Source of the DNA: Chiloscyllium plagiosum
Taxonomy: Eukaryota
Direction: 5' to 3'
Length of the DNA stretch: 64,000 bases
Assembly (NCBI RefSeq): GCF_004010195.1
Contig: NC_057720.1
Span: 22,224,243-22,288,242, forward strand
Part shown: positions 39,144 through 52,930 of the stretch, in pieces
Position numbering within the stretch: the stretch's first letter is position 1
Layout of the letters: the number at the start of each line of letters is the position of its first letter
Position numbers and translations under genes: made by a program
The notes under the pieces: generated by a model
Seen by the model: only the letters and a program-made list of their open reading frames with translations
Databases searched by the model: none
Told to the model about the DNA's origin: nothing

Positions 39144-41379
39144 ATCACGATTTTGACAGCCAAATGAGTGGGTATTAGAAACAGATTGATATGAAGGACC
39201 ATGATGTGGAGATGGGGCACTAGCTGGCATGGCGTATATGCATGGCCATGGAATGGCATGTAAGAAACAAGAAGAGTGTGAGGGGGTGAGGGGATGCGAA
39301 GATGATAGTAGGAGGGCTTTCTTTTGCTCTATTCTTTTTCTTTACAATACCAGAGCAACTGAGGCAACCCATTCACACAACCTAACTTTATACTTGTGTA
39401 TCTATTTCTGCACTGTCAATGGAGGCAAGGAGCCTAACTCATGGAATCATTTGCCACTCATCAACGAAGAACAGGGCACTTTTCTCTGAATTGAGTTTTC
39501 CCAACACTGCACTCTTGCTTCAGGAGTGGAAACACAGAAAGTGTGACTGTGCATCCTATACCAACATCTACTTTGTTCCACAGTAACTATTAATGCATAA
39601 AAACATTTGGAAACCATTCTGCAGGGGAGGGAAGTGGAGGGAGGGAGCAAATGTCCTGTATCAAGTTATTTCTCAGTCGTAAAGAAGTGTGACTGAAAAC
39701 CTAAAATTGATTACATTTGGACGTAATACAATCAGCCTTCGTGACTTGTACTGACAATGTTGTGTTTATTCTGTTAAATGCATCACAGTGAACTTTGTTT
39801 AACCCTTACCTTATCCCATGCCTGTTTGAGCTTGTTGAAGTTATACACAATATCTTGTAGTTTTTTTTGTTCAACATAAATCATGTCACTGCCAGGTCAA
39901 CAGTACTGTTCTGGTTCATTCTAAGTGGCAGCAGTGATCAAAGCAGCAATTTTGCGATGTCTGTTGATTTTGTGGAGAGCTATGATGATTAATTTCTCAC
40001 TGTCTCTGTGAGGGTAGCAGAGCGATCCAAAAGGACTCAGGAAATTCTCTTGATATGGAAGTAAATGGTGTGTGTCATTCTTGTATAATTTCCTGGAAGT
40101 TCTGTGCAGCAATAATAGACACCTCCCTGTATCCGATGCACACTGAATGGGACATTTCTTTTTAAAGAACGCAATGACAAAAGTAATAAAGCAGGTGCAT
40201 AACTACAGTCTCAAGGGAGTCATCCATTTAATCCTTGTTCAAACAGGCATGGCAAGGCTGATGGATTCATGTGAAGGGAACTATGATTTCAGTCAAGGAG
40301 GCTGATGTTAACCTATATGATTTCATGCATCATATTAACAACCTCTATGGATCAAGAGACTGGCTTTTGTACCTGATATAGGCCACAGAATTGTACTTTG
40401 GGGTCTGATTTCAGTTTTAATGCAATCTTTCACATTAGCCCTGGAGAAAAATCTAAGAATGCCACAGAAACATTGCTAGCTAGCAACCTGTGCTCTTGAA
40501 AATTTATAAAGTGGACATCCATCAGCTATTTCCCTCAATGTAATTAGTTATTGTGGGTTTAGTAACAATTTCAGTAATGGAGGTGATCATGTGGCAAGAA
40601 AATTCAAAACAAAGGAGAAGCAAAGCTAAGCTAAAGTATTTTCAACTAGTTTCTAGCAATTATTAAATGTGAAAACACTAATCAATCATATGTGGTTAAG
40701 CAGATTCTGCAGCGTTAACTACTGGAAGTGATTCATTTGACTTGAGAAATTAATTCTTCCGACACTGCAGAGGTGGGAAAGGTGGGTAAAAAATGTCATA
40801 CCACACCAAGCAAAGTTTTCCAATTTGCTGTTGAAATTATTGAGAGCTTAAGTGTCAAACTACATTTCCAAGCAGAAAATATGACCACCAATAAGTCGCC
40901 TGAGGAGCTGCTATATTGTTGCAAAGGAAGTTCATAAATATCTGAAGTTTTAAGAACCCTAGAAGTGGAGGTAACACATCAATTATCCAGATTGAAAGGC
41001 AAGCCAAAATAAAATTGTAAAACACTAAACAGTCACTGTGAAAAATGCAGGACAAAGCTCGAGAGAGAACAAATATTGAGCTGGGAAAAAAGTATAGTGT
41101 TTTCTTCAGTGCATTCTCAACAGGATGCATGGTGAGACACATGGAAAATTGCTCTCATCGGGTGCACTTTTAATAGTTTCAGTCAATCCGTTTTTGATGG
41201 CGTAATAATCTATAAACGTTTTGGGTTTTTTTTCCCTTTATTCACCACTTGATTATATTAAACCAAACCAAACTTCACTATTAGAGGAATGACTTTGCAA
41301 AAAACATTGTCCCAGCTTGAGCCTCAACCATCAAGTTATTAGAAATAAGTATGGGGAAATAGGCAGATGGATGACAAAA

Positions 41380-41630
41380 AGCTTGCTGGGCCTTTTCTGA
41401 GGAAGGCCAACCACATTACTGTGGATCTCGATTCACATGGACATCACTTTATCTAGGTGGGCTTTGATGACATTTGATGATAGTTCACGGTTATCATCAC
41501 TGCAACCTTGTTTCAATTGTTTTATTAATTTAAATCATCTTCTGAATTGGGATTTGGATGTAGGCCCTCAGAGCATTAGTGTGGACTAATGTAAGAATGA
41601 ATTCTCATTTATATTATAATGCTACATTAT
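41380..41630 (-). mobile_element. Decayed SINE family 2 copy
   Basis: caaccacattactgtggatctcgattcacatg resembles the 7680-7720 segment. Confidence 0.5.
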
Positions 41631-44600
41631 ACTCATGAAATGAAACTGATGCATGAAGAGAAACTGTTTTAAGTATTAACTCAGAGATGTCAGAGAGATG
41701 GGAGTACCAAGCTTCTCACAGCAGCATCTCAAAAGGAAAACAGAGGCTAGAGAGCCTTTAAAAAGCATAGCCACCAATGATGGATCAGATAAACTTGGGG
41801 ATGCTCAAGAGGCAAATTAACATAGTGCCTGATTTGTGGGAGAGGTGGGCTGTGAGAAGATTAGATATTTTACATGTTTCATGACATAACAGACTTGTGG
41901 AAAGGCGTGATTATGACAACTGATATGTCCATATTTGAAAAGTTTCTTAATCCATTTTACATCACATTAATAGTACAAGAAGGATACATATAATTCTTCC
42001 ACACCAGAAATGCACACTTTTTTTGGCCACGGAGAGTTTGATACCTCTCCATGAATAACAGCAGGTGTCAAGTTTACAGCCTATGTGGACCAGCAACAAA
42101 ATCTTCACATGAGTAGCTTTGTTTAGATATAACAAATGCATGTATAAATGAATGAAGGGGTAATACACTATTTCATTAAATATGACATTTTCTTTCGCTT
42201 GAGTAAAGAACATTTCAAACCCTTTGGTGGGCAGGGTTTTCCATTCCTGGAGGTGTTAAGCTTGGAAACAAGGTAGAAACTTAATTACACAGTAGATTCA
42301 AACAGCATAGCCTTCTCCGCAGTCAAGGTCTGGGCAGGAAGATCATGATAGTCCTTCCCACTCCATTGCAAATCACGGTCCTTAAGTGGTCATTTAACGA
42401 CCATTGAAGGGCCTCATCCTGCAGCCGCTGGTATTAACTCAGCCTCTGGTGGGCCTGTCACTATGCTATGTTGAAGGCAGCTAAAATCCTACTATTCACC
42501 GTGTCACCTCCTGGGGTGGGGAGGTGAGGGCATTCACAGATTAACCGAAGGCAATGATTGAGAGATTGGAGTTTAGGCCATTATATCTGACCCAACTGAC
42601 ACCTCTCCTCATGAACTCAAACCCAAGACTGTCAGCTGACCCCAGAAAATCATTCTGTCGTCCTGGGACTCCCAGAGTGCTCCTTAAAAGGCAATCATGC
42701 CCCTTGGCACTCTGATTGACTCACTACTCTCTCCGGGCAGGAGTTCAGGGCCTTAATATCAGGCGAAGGTTTGCTGGCTTGTTTGCCAATGTTTGATTAA
42801 GCAAACTTCCTTTGGAAGAGGCAGGAAGGATCTCTTGTCAATTTCTCAGCTGGCTGTCAGGAGCTGTCACTTTGACCAGATCCTACCTGTGATTTGGACC
42901 TTGCAGTGTGACTCAGTCGGAGCTCACTGTTTGTTTAATAATATTTGGAGAATTTAAAGTAAAAGCTCAGATCTGATCTTGAAGTACTGTACGGGAAAAA
43001 TGAAAAATGGAGACATGCAATATTTTTCTTCTGATATCATTAACTTCTAAGTAATTAGCCTTTTCTAAACTATCAGTGTCAAAACTTTATTTTATAAATA
43101 TTGAATTGTGAACATCAATTTGTTTTAGTCAATATTATTGTCTTCCACATTTGTTGTATAAATTGCTATAATAAAATAGAAAGATTACAAGTCACTCTGG
43201 AGATGGAACTATCTTTTTGTAGAGTTATGAAAACAACATACCCAGAGTACAGGATGTGATTTCCATTCATAAAATAACTTAAGGGAAAATATATCTTGCA
43301 ATTTTTAAAATTAAAAAAAATTAACCATTTTATTCAATGTGCTTTTATATAGAAACAGTCATAAAATATATTCTTAAATTACTTTAAGATGGTGCCTTTA
43401 TATAATTTTACTCCACTTGGCCACAATAAAGTTTTTTTTATTCTGTTACAACAAATTGAAAAATATGGGACATGATACAATCCCCTGCATCCACCTATTC
43501 CCAGAATGGGAAGTAATCTTAACGAGAGAGTTAACAGTTTGAAATCCTGTCATGTCTCTGAAAAGCATAGGAATTATCTTGTTATCAATTTATTAAAAGA
43601 AGCATGAAGTATCTGATGCCATCCACTGACACCAGAAACATTAGGTCTCTTTGGGAATTCTCTTCCGTGGAAACTGTCAAATTAGGTGGATATGGGCACA
43701 TTAAACACTGAGACCAATGTAGCTTTAGCCCATAAATTTATTTTTTTTTTCTGTGCCAACGTAATAAGACGATTCTGTGCAATGATAAAGACAATCAATG
43801 CTAGACTGCTGACAGCCTTGACCTATAAGCCTCCCTATTATATAAGATTTTCCTTTATATGAATAATTTTTAAAAACATTAATCTTTGACCTTCAGTTTA
43901 GTCTGACTTGCATTTAAAAAAGGTTCAAACCCTTTTGTGTGCAGCTCCAAAGATCACACAGATCAGCTGGAAGGGATTCACTAAACTGCAGCAAGTTATT
44001 ACTATAAAAATTATATAATGTGTAAAAAGAGTCATTGGTCAAAACTTGTATTCTTGTTTAGATAAATTTGGGTAAAATGAAGATAAGCCTTTGGAACTTC
44101 AGATGTTAATTGGTCTGAGAAAGCAACTCACAGTTGCTGCTGCAAATAAATTTGCTAGAATGAATAATCCTCACTGTCTGGCTCAGTTTCCATGTAATTA
44201 TAAAACATCAAGCCATATAATTTCAGGCAATCATTGTCACCTCAAACTATTGAGGAAATAAGTCATGTATTAATGATGTCCATGTTCACAAACTTTGCAT
44301 GTTTGGAAGTTTTGTAGAGGAGCATCTAAGTTAAACAAACTTCAATTTACCATCACATTTCTTAGAATATGTAACCATGCAAGATACATTTATAATGCAA
44401 TATCAGCTGTTAGTCAAAAGGAATGATTCTATAAATCCATTCTTACTGATCATGAGAGGAAATTTCAGAATTACATCGAAAAAGATATATTATATATAAA
44501 TATATATAAAATGTTCCTGCTGTAATTAACAATTTAATGAAATATTGTTTAGTTGACTACTGAATAAAAATACATGTTCTGTGCACTGACAGAAACATTC

Positions 44601-45002
44601 TGATAAAGTGACTCCTGTGGTGAAACTGAATTATGCTGAAAACTATGAGTAACTCCATAGAAAACAATTAAGCAAATGGTCTCGCATGATGTTTCATAGC
44701 AAGGAACAAAAATCAAAATTCCAGACAGGTTTACTATTAAATACAGTTAGCTGTATGTTATTTATAACAATGCAAAAGCAGTACCATCAGTATAGATGGA
44801 GGGAAGGGTGGAAAGAATACAAGTTTTTTTTTTGGAAAAATAAACACATATTTGCAGAGTACAGCTGCAGCTAAAAATGTATCTTCTGGGTCAAAATGTA
44901 GAGTGCATCAGATTTTGTTTCCTTTTTTAGTAAGCAGTTTCAGAACCCAAGTCATGAAGTATCTCTGCTTTGAAATCAGACAATGATTTCTATTAATTTA
45001 AT

Positions 45003-45292
45003 TTCCCTACAGTGTGGAAACAGGCCCTTCGGCCCAACTAGTCCACACCAACCCTCTGAAGAGCAACCCACCCCACTCTGACTTATGCACCTAACACTAG
45101 GGACAATTTAGCATGGCCAATTCACCTGACCTGCACATGTTTGTGACTGTGAGAGGAAACCGGAGCAAACCCACACAGACACGGGGAGAATATGCAAACT
45201 CCACAATGATAGTCACCCGAGGCTGGAATTGAACCTGGGACCCTGGTACTGTTGAGACAGCAGTGCTAACCACTGAGCCACCATGACATCCC
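45003..45292 (-). mobile_element. HE1/V-SINE-type SINE
   Basis: Reverse-complement A/B boxes, core and tail. Confidence 0.92.
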
Positions 45293-46408
45293 AATTGCAC
45301 ACTTGTATTATGAGTATTGTGCATATCAGCAGTAACTTATTTGTCAATGAGTAAAACAAAAATTACTTAAACTCGGCTGTTTTTTAGTTGCACTCACTCT
45401 GGGAACCTGGAGGTTTTGTCATCAGCTGTGAAATGGAAAACCATTCCACAGCTTCATTTGTAACCTGGTACAGAGATTACCCATGGTTCTGAAATCTTGA
45501 ACACAAAATTTCCTCACTGCTTTGATGCAAGAAATCACATCAACTAGCTCACTGTGAAAAATAAAACATCTAACAAATGTCTTAATCACAATTTTCATGT
45601 TGCCTGCATTTCAGCACCACTGAATATAAAATTGTGAGAACAGCTAACCTCAGATACTTACCCAAGAAATTTAATTGAAAGCAGGGCCAAGAATTAGTAA
45701 CCGTATATGGAGAATAACTTTGGAACAACAACAGATACTTCCCAACTCTCCCTGATAATTAAAAGTGCAAAAAGCATTTGAAAAACACAGAGTTCAACCA
45801 TTGAATGTTTGTAAGATTTCCTGGAGTATAAATAAGACAGCATCAGCTATTTTAAGCAACAAAATGTTTAAAGATGCTTCACAGGAAACATAACAGCTAA
45901 AATTTGTGAATAATTGAATGAGCTTTAAGGCTGGACTTTATGGATCCTCTGACAGGATGTGGTATTTCCAGCGAGAGATGAGGAAGGGAGGGTGAACCAT
46001 GTAAAGTCTGATGGCTCGCTAACCTGTTGTCTACCTGACACTGAAACTGGTAAACTGCCCCACTAATTAAAAGAAAAAAAATTCAGAGGTAATTCATCTT
46101 GTGAATAAGCCAGTTGACCCCAATGGTACACTGTCCATGCCATATATTTGGCGTAGGCAGACAAGACTCAAAAAATATTTTTAATAGATAACTGCGGAAA
46201 ATTGGGGAAGGGAGAGGTGCAGTGTTTAGAGTGCAGTGGGGAGGGAACTTGTCTTATGGATATGGAGGACATCCCCTAGATATTAACCCCATTTTGTTTC
46301 TTTCCACCTGGATTTCAAAACCCACTTCCTACTTCTCACTTCCCAGGCCTAGGACCCCAATCCCTTCCCACCTAAAGCCTGGGATTTACCTTAATCTGAG
46401 AACGAGAT

Positions 46409-46716
46409 GGGCAGCACAGTGGCTCAGTGATTAGCACTGCTGCCTCACGCCGCTACAGACTGGGGTTTGATTTCAGTCTCAGGTCACTGTTTGCATGGAG
46501 TTTGCACATCCTCCCTGTGTTTGCGTGGATTTCTGCCAGGTGCTTCAGTTTCCTCCCACAATCCAGGGATGTGCAGGTTAGGTGGATTAACCATGGTAGT
46601 AAGGCAGGGTTACAGGGATAGGCTGGGGGATTGGGCCTGGGTGGGAAGCTCTTCAGAGGGTTGGCACAGACTAAATGGGCCAAATTACCTCCTTCCACAC
46701 TGTAGGGATTCTAATC
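46409..46716 (+). mobile_element. HE1/V-SINE-type SINE
   Basis: gggcagcacagtggctcagtgattagcactgc head and ctgtagggattcta tail. Confidence 0.9.
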
Positions 46717-47916
46717 ACTGTTTTTCCTCTGGTGGTTTTCCTGCAGCCCTTGCAATGTCCACTACCAGGGTCTGTTGCTGCTGGAAATGCGAGGTAAGGA
46801 CAGGGCTTCCATTCAGTGGAAGCCTGGAGGAGGGTTCATGAAGTCTAATGTTATTTGTTTAAGGTCACCCCGCAGTATGTTATTACAGGACAGCCTTGCA
46901 GAGCATCAGTTGGTATGGCGCAGACACTCATTCAGGGCAGGCATGTAATACTCACTACCCCTTTCGACCCTTGGAAAATTCAAGCCTTAATAAAACCTCA
47001 GTTGGTTGCTGTATCTGATGACAACCTCCTTAAGAACCCCATAAGCTAAACACTGCAGCAATAATATACATATAACAGGGCATGCAGAATAGATTTATAT
47101 TTTTGTTTTCAATTAAATAAAAACTGAGCTGATTATGCTTTTAATTAAAATATTTATGCCAGACACATGAATGCTAAGCTCCATATGTTCCTAGTGCCAA
47201 TAGGTTCATATTACTACTGGTGCAGGAAACAGTTGTCTAAGCAGCTGGGCTGTTGGATGTGGTGACACTGGGACTTAAACTGGCAGTTGTAGTTTTGCGG
47301 TTCTTCTCAGTTGGGAGCTAATCGCTGGTGGAAAAGGAAGCAGAAGAACTAGGTTCAGTAAGAGACACATACTGTTCATCCGTTAGAGAAGTGAAGGATA
47401 ATTCGGTATGGTTCCCTTTACAGTGATTTGTTTTCAAATGTCTGCCAATTTCAAAATAATGAAAGGTTTGCAACAAAATGGAATGGAAATGAAATATCAA
47501 GCATGTGCTTGCACACTCCCAATTACTGGCCAATTTCCATTGATCATCCACAGTAGCCCCTTCATCATGGCAAATAACATTCTACCATGTCTCTTGTGAA
47601 AGAGAATTATTACACAGCACAACATCTATCAGCAGGATGGCTGACCTTCTGGGTCTGATCCCTATGACTCTCCTACAGTATCACATGCTTTATGCAAGGG
47701 CCAACAACAAGTTTATAAAGTGAGGTGACCTCAGTTTATTTTGTGATGGTAACTCATTTGCACACACCGAGGGGGCAACAGTCTTTCTCGTGTGGCCCAC
47801 TGTTACCGTACTACGAACAGTTTTGAGTCTATCCAAAGCAGATACGTTTTGCAGTGAAGCAAGCTGTTAATGCCACATGCCATTCTTATTATAATGTGAG
47901 GTGAGGTGAGATCAGG

Positions 47917-49919
47917 TAGGTAAAAACAAGGACTGCAGATGCTGGAAACCAGATTCTGGAGTAGAGTGGTGCTGGAAAAGCACAGCAGTTCAGGCAGCAT
48001 CTGAGGAGCAGTAATGAGTGGGGGAGGGGATGAAGGTGATAGGTCAGAGAGGAGGGTAGAGTGGATAGTGGAAAAGAAGATAGGCCATTAGGACAGGTCA
48101 TGGGGACAGTGGCTGACCTAGAAGTTTGGAACTGGGGTGAGGTGGGGGAAGGGGAAATGAGGAAACTGGTGAAGTCCACATTGATGCCCTGGGGTTGAAG
48201 TGTTCCAAGGTGGAAGGTGAGGTGTTCTTCCTCCAGGCGTTGGGTAGTGAGGGAGCGGCAGTGAAGGAGGTCCAGGACCTCCATGTCCTCGGCTGAGTGG
48301 GAGGGGGAGTTGAAATGCTGGGCCACAGGGCGGTGTGGTTAATTGGTGCAGGTGTCCCAGAGATGTTCCCTAAAGTGCTCTGCTAGTAGGCGTCCAGTCT
48401 CCCCAATGTACAAGAGACTGCATCGGGAGCAACGGATACATAAATGATATTAGTGGGTGTGCAGGTAATACTTTGATGGATGTGGAAGGCTCCTTTAGGG
48501 CCTTGGATGGAGGTGAGGGAGGAGGTGTGGGCGCAGGTTTTGCAATTCCTGCGGTAGCAGGGGAAGATGCCAGGATGGGTGGGTCGGTTGTAGGGGGGGT
48601 GTGGACCTGACCAGGTAGTTATTGGAGGGAACAGTCTTTGTGGAAGGCGGAAAGGGATGGGGAGGGAAATATATCCCTGGTGGTGGGGTCTGTTTGGAGG
48701 TGGCAGAAATGTCGGCGGATAATTTGGTTTATGTGAAGGTTGGTAGGGTGGAAGGTGAGCACCAGGGGAGTTCTGTCCTTGTTACAGTTAGAGGGGTGGG
48801 GTCTGAGGGCAGAAGGGCGGGATGCGGACGAGATGCATTGGAGGGCATCTTTAATCTAGTGGGAAGGGAAATTGCAGTCTCTAAAGAAGGAGGCCATCTG
48901 GTGTGTTCTGTGGTGGAACTGTTCCTCCTGGGAGCAGATACGGCGGAGGCAGAGGAATTGGGAATACGGGATGGCATTTTTGCANNNNNNNNNNNNNNNN
49001 NNNNNNNNNNNNNNNNNNNNNNNNNNNNNNNNNNNNNNNNNNNNNNNNNNNNNNNNNNNNNNNNNNNNNNNNNNNNNNNNNNNNNNNNNNNNNNNNNNNN
49101 NNNNNNNNNNNNNNNNNNNNNNNNNNNNNNNNNNNNNNNNNNNNNNNNNNNNNNNNNNNNNNNNNNNNNNNNNNNNNNNNNNNNNNNNNNNNNNNNNNNN
49201 NNNNNNNNNNNNNNNNNNNNNNNNNNNNNNNNNNNNNNNNNNNNNNNNNNNNNNNNNNNNNNNNNNNNNNNNNNNNNNNNNNNNNNNNNNNNNNNNNNNN
49301 NNNNNNNNNNNNNNNNNNNNNNNNNNNNNNNNNNNNNNNNNNNNNNNNNNNNNNNNNNNNNNNNNNNNNNNNNNNNNNNNNNNNNNNNNNNNNNNNNNNN
49401 NNNNNNNNNNNNNNNNNNNNNNNNNNNNNNNNNNNNNNNNNNNNNNNNNNNNNNNNNNNNNNNNNNNNNNNNNNNNNNNNNNNNNNNNNNNNNNNNNNNN
49501 NNNNNNNNNNNNNNNNNNNNNNNNNNNNNNNNNNNNNNNNNNNNNNNNNNNNNNNNNNNNTATGGTCTGGGAGATGATGGTTTGGTGATGGAGGGTGGGG
49601 TCATGGTTGAGGGGGCGGTAGGAGGAGGTGTCCTCGAGTTGGCATTTGGCTTCAGCGGTGTAGAGGTCCGTGCGCCAGACTACCACTGCGCCCCCTTTAT
49701 CTGCTGGCTTGATGGTGAGGTCGGGATTGGAGCAGAGGGAGTGGAGGGCAGGGCGTTATGAGGGTGAGAGGTTGGAGTGGGGGGGGGTAGACAGGTTGAG
49801 GCAGTTAATGTCTCAGCAGCATTTGGAAATTAAGAAGTTGAGGGCGGGTAATAGGACAGCATGGGGCGTCCAGGTAGATGGAGTGTGTTGGAGGCGAGTG
49901 AGGGGGTCCTCGGAAGGTG
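47917..49919 (-). mobile_element. Penelope-like retroelement, 5'-truncated, with a gap inside
   Basis: VVWRTDLYTAEAK, CKNAIPYSQFLCLRRIC and AQHFNSPSH...RLEEEHL; paralogous to 8607-11256. Ends in pLTR plus tail. TSD ggtgagatcagg (47905-47916 / 49920-49931). Confidence 0.92.
48985..49560. other. Assembly gap
   Basis: Run of N. Confidence 1.
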
Positions 49920-50080
49920 GGTGAGATCAGGCAAAGGAGGCAGTTTTGCACTGCTTCAGTGATGTGCTTGCTATGTTGTAAAACTGCAACTAATGTAAAG
50001 CAAAATTTATAAAACATTCCCAGCTAGTCAACTGAAATGCCCAGAAATATTTGTTCTGTTGTTCTTGACATTATGTGGAC

Positions 50081-50223
50081 GTGCCGGTGTTGGACTGGGG
50101 TGGACAAAGTCAGAAGTCAACATGACACCAGGCTATAGTCACCTGAGAAAAGAGCAGCACTGCAAAAACTTGTGCATTCAAATAAACCTATTGGACCATT
50201 ACCTGGTGCTGTGTGACTTTTGA
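50081..50223. mobile_element. Fold-back element of a third pLTR-like family with decayed hammerhead
   Basis: agaagtcaacatgacaccaggctatagtc is inverted against gaccattacctggtgctgtgtgacttttga. The centre reads cctgagaaaagagcagcactgcaaaaacttg. Confidence 0.55.
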
Positions 50224-50233
50224 TGCTCTAGAT

Positions 50234-50548
50234 GGGGCAGCACAGTGGTTCAGTGGTTAGCACTGCTGCCTCACAGCACCAGGGTCCCAGGTTCAATTCC
50301 AGCCTCAGGTGACTGTCTGTGTGGAGTTTGCACAGATCTCCCTATGTCTGCATGGGTTTCCTCTGGGTGCTTTGGTTTCCTCCCACAGCCCAAAGATGTG
50401 CAGATCAGGTAAATTGGTCATGCTAAGTTGCCCATCGTGTTAGGTTCATTAGTCAGAGGGAAATGGTTCTAGGTTGGTTACTCTTCGGAGAGTCAGTGTG
50501 GACTTGTTGGGCCAAAGGGCCTGTTTCCACACTGTAGGGAATCTAATC
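50234..50548 (+). mobile_element. Full-length HE1/V-SINE-type SINE
   Basis: A/B boxes, core and tail. Confidence 0.93.
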
Positions 50549-51079
50549 ATATTAGCAGACTGTAAACTACCTCTTTGAGTGCTCACTAGTCTTAAGAACA
50601 TTTCGATGCCAATATGCTCAATTTTTCCTAATCAGAGATGGTGCAGCGCTGGCAATGCTAATTGCATCCACTAGTCCCGTATTATTGCGAAGAAGTACTG
50701 CCCTCAAACTACTGACAGTAGTAGGATGAAAAACTAATTACCAAAATGGTGGTGAAAGATTTCCTCACACAATGGTAAAGATCGTCAGCAGTTCTTTCTA
50801 TAGCTGCACTGCGACAAACAAGTATTGAGGAAGCACTGGTAAAGTTGTCCAGTGTAAGTGGAAGTGGGGTAATATCATAATTAGCTTTTCTCCTTCAATA
50901 TGTTTGGTTCTGCTGGTGTAATACATAGCTCTAGCCTTTGGAGGACAACACTAGACCATCATTATGCCTTTTGAAACTCTTCTCTTTTGGGGCTACATGA
51001 TCTCATTCAGAAGATAATGAAGTTTGAGGGCTTTCTCTTTCTTAAGGTCTTGCTTAGCCTGCGCCTACTACAGACCCAG

Positions 51080-51355
51080 CTAGTTAGTACCAGCAATCTT
51101 AGTTTAAGGGTAAGGGGTAGGCCGTTTAAGACTGAGATGAGGAGAAATTTCTTTCCCCAGAGAGTGGTGAGGCTGTGGTTTTGCCACAAAATACAGTTGA
51201 GGCCAAGGAGTTAGATATAATTTTTAGGGCTAAAGCGACCAAAGAGTGTTGGGAGAAAGCGAGAACAGGATACTGAGTTGGACAATCATCCATGACCAAA
51301 CTGAATTACAGAGCAGGCTTGGACGACTGAATGACCTTATTTTTATGTTTCTATG
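51080..51355 (+). mobile_element. CR1 3' end
   Basis: RGRPFKTEMRRNFFPQRVVRLW and a (tttctatg) tail. Confidence 0.85.
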
Positions 51356-51828
51356 CCTCATTTGATCCAGCCCCTAGAAACTCTCAGAGAGCATTAAACC
51401 TCACAGAGACTTTACAAATATAGACAGCAGCAGATTCCTTCTTGATGACCTCCCTTGAATGATAAATGAAGCCACACCTCTCAAACTCCCACCACCCGTA
51501 CCCACAATCTTGTCTCCCACCTATTAAAAAGCATCAGGATTGTGGCAGATTCTGAGGGACAGGCAACAACGGTCCTACCATCACACTGCAGCTTTTAAAA
51601 TAAGCCCATGTTTCCTTACCAACAAAAGCTGCAGATTATTACTTTCTTTGCATTTACCGATCAGCACAAAATTTTGGGCCTGGAAATTTCCTATGGACTA
51701 GTGTGATCTTTTGGCTTAATTTCATCAAAACAATAACAAAACTAATTCCAGTGAAGTGGTAGAAAACTGTAATGATAACACTCTTCAAAATCTTATGTCC
51801 TATTGAAGCTAGGTGGGAAATGAGAAAT

Positions 51829-51996
51829 GAGGTTTCAGGCAAAAGCCCTTCATCAGGAATCAGCCTCGTTCCTGATGAAGGGCTTTTGTATGAAACATCG
51901 ACGCTCCTGCTCCTCGGATGCTGCCTGACCTGCTGCGCTTTTCTAGCATCCCACTCTCAACACTAATCTCCAGCATCTGCAGTCTGCACTTTCACC
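51829..51996 (+). mobile_element. Penelope-derived mini element with back-to-back hammerhead motifs and TSD
   Basis: aaaagcccttcatcaggaa...ttcctgatgaagggctttt. Perfect 15-bp TSD tgggaaatgagaaat (51814-51828 / 51997-52011). Confidence 0.88.
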
Positions 51997-52765
51997 TGGG
52001 AAATGAGAAATATCCAAACCTGTTAGGTTTAATAATCTCATGGCTGTTAAGCTGTTGTCTAATAAAATAATCCATATTTAGAGAACTGCAGCTTTACAAA
52101 CGTGGCTGGTCATGTTTCAGATCACAAAAGGCTCTATTTTAGTGTATCTTTGCATGATTTAAAAAGTAACAAGTGTTGCAGCTGCTTTTAAACTGGTTAT
52201 ATGAAATACCAGCTAAAAGGCATAACATGCAAAACTACTTTTACTGGAATTGAATCTACTAGAAATTACAAGCTAACCCTTCTAAGAATGGATTATTTTT
52301 AAATTCTGCAATGAATCAAGGGAAGCCAACTGAAGTGCCTGTCTGCTTAACTGTTTGACTGGCTTCAACAGCAAGACTCACAACAGTGTCTGGTATGACA
52401 CTGGTATTCATTATCTTCTTCAGTAACATCTCAGCATTATGAAAATCCTCTCTGCAATCCAGAGATGATGAACAAATGCTGTCTCACTCACAGGATTACT
52501 TCCCAGATTATTTTGCATTTTAGGTAATAATGCATTAATATAAAACAAATGGGAGCTGGAATCCTGTGCTACGCAATTGAAAAAGAACCTGCAGAACTGA
52601 AATCTGTCAGAATACTGCATCGAACATTAAGTGCAATGAAGTCTAATAACAGTCATAGGTTGTGAGCCAAGATAATCATCCATAGTTTTGTGCACCTTCA
52701 ATTCATATGAAGTAAGTGTAAGACGTGCTTTAAAGGGAAAATTCAAACAATGTTATGGTACTCAC

Positions 52766-52930
52766 GTTATTTGGGAAATCGGCCTTTAATTCAGTAACGC
52801 TTTTGCACCAGTATGCACATGTCTTTTCACTAATGAGTTCGATGTTAAGAAAGGAGCTTTGTCCTGGGCCATAGACAGGGCCAGAGGTCATTCCACGTAA
52901 AATTCTTGGAGAAATATTGGTCACTATGTC
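52766..52930 (-). CDS. DPYD: DPYD coding exon (human exon 14 equivalent), 165 bp
   Basis: Translates to [55 protein letters not shown], including the FLNIELIS substrate-binding motif. AG acceptor at 52931-52932 and GTGAGT donor at 52760-52765. Length matches the human exon. Confidence 0.97.

Noticed and set aside
42230..42900. GC-richer blocks (also 4720-5200, 19040-19500 and 45930-47030) as regulatory islands
   Set aside because: They are CpG-poor and look like old non-autonomous DNA-transposon debris; boundaries and family could not be supported.
48622..49761. Longest ORFs in the track (224-379 aa)
   Set aside because: Artefacts of reading through N runs within a Penelope copy.
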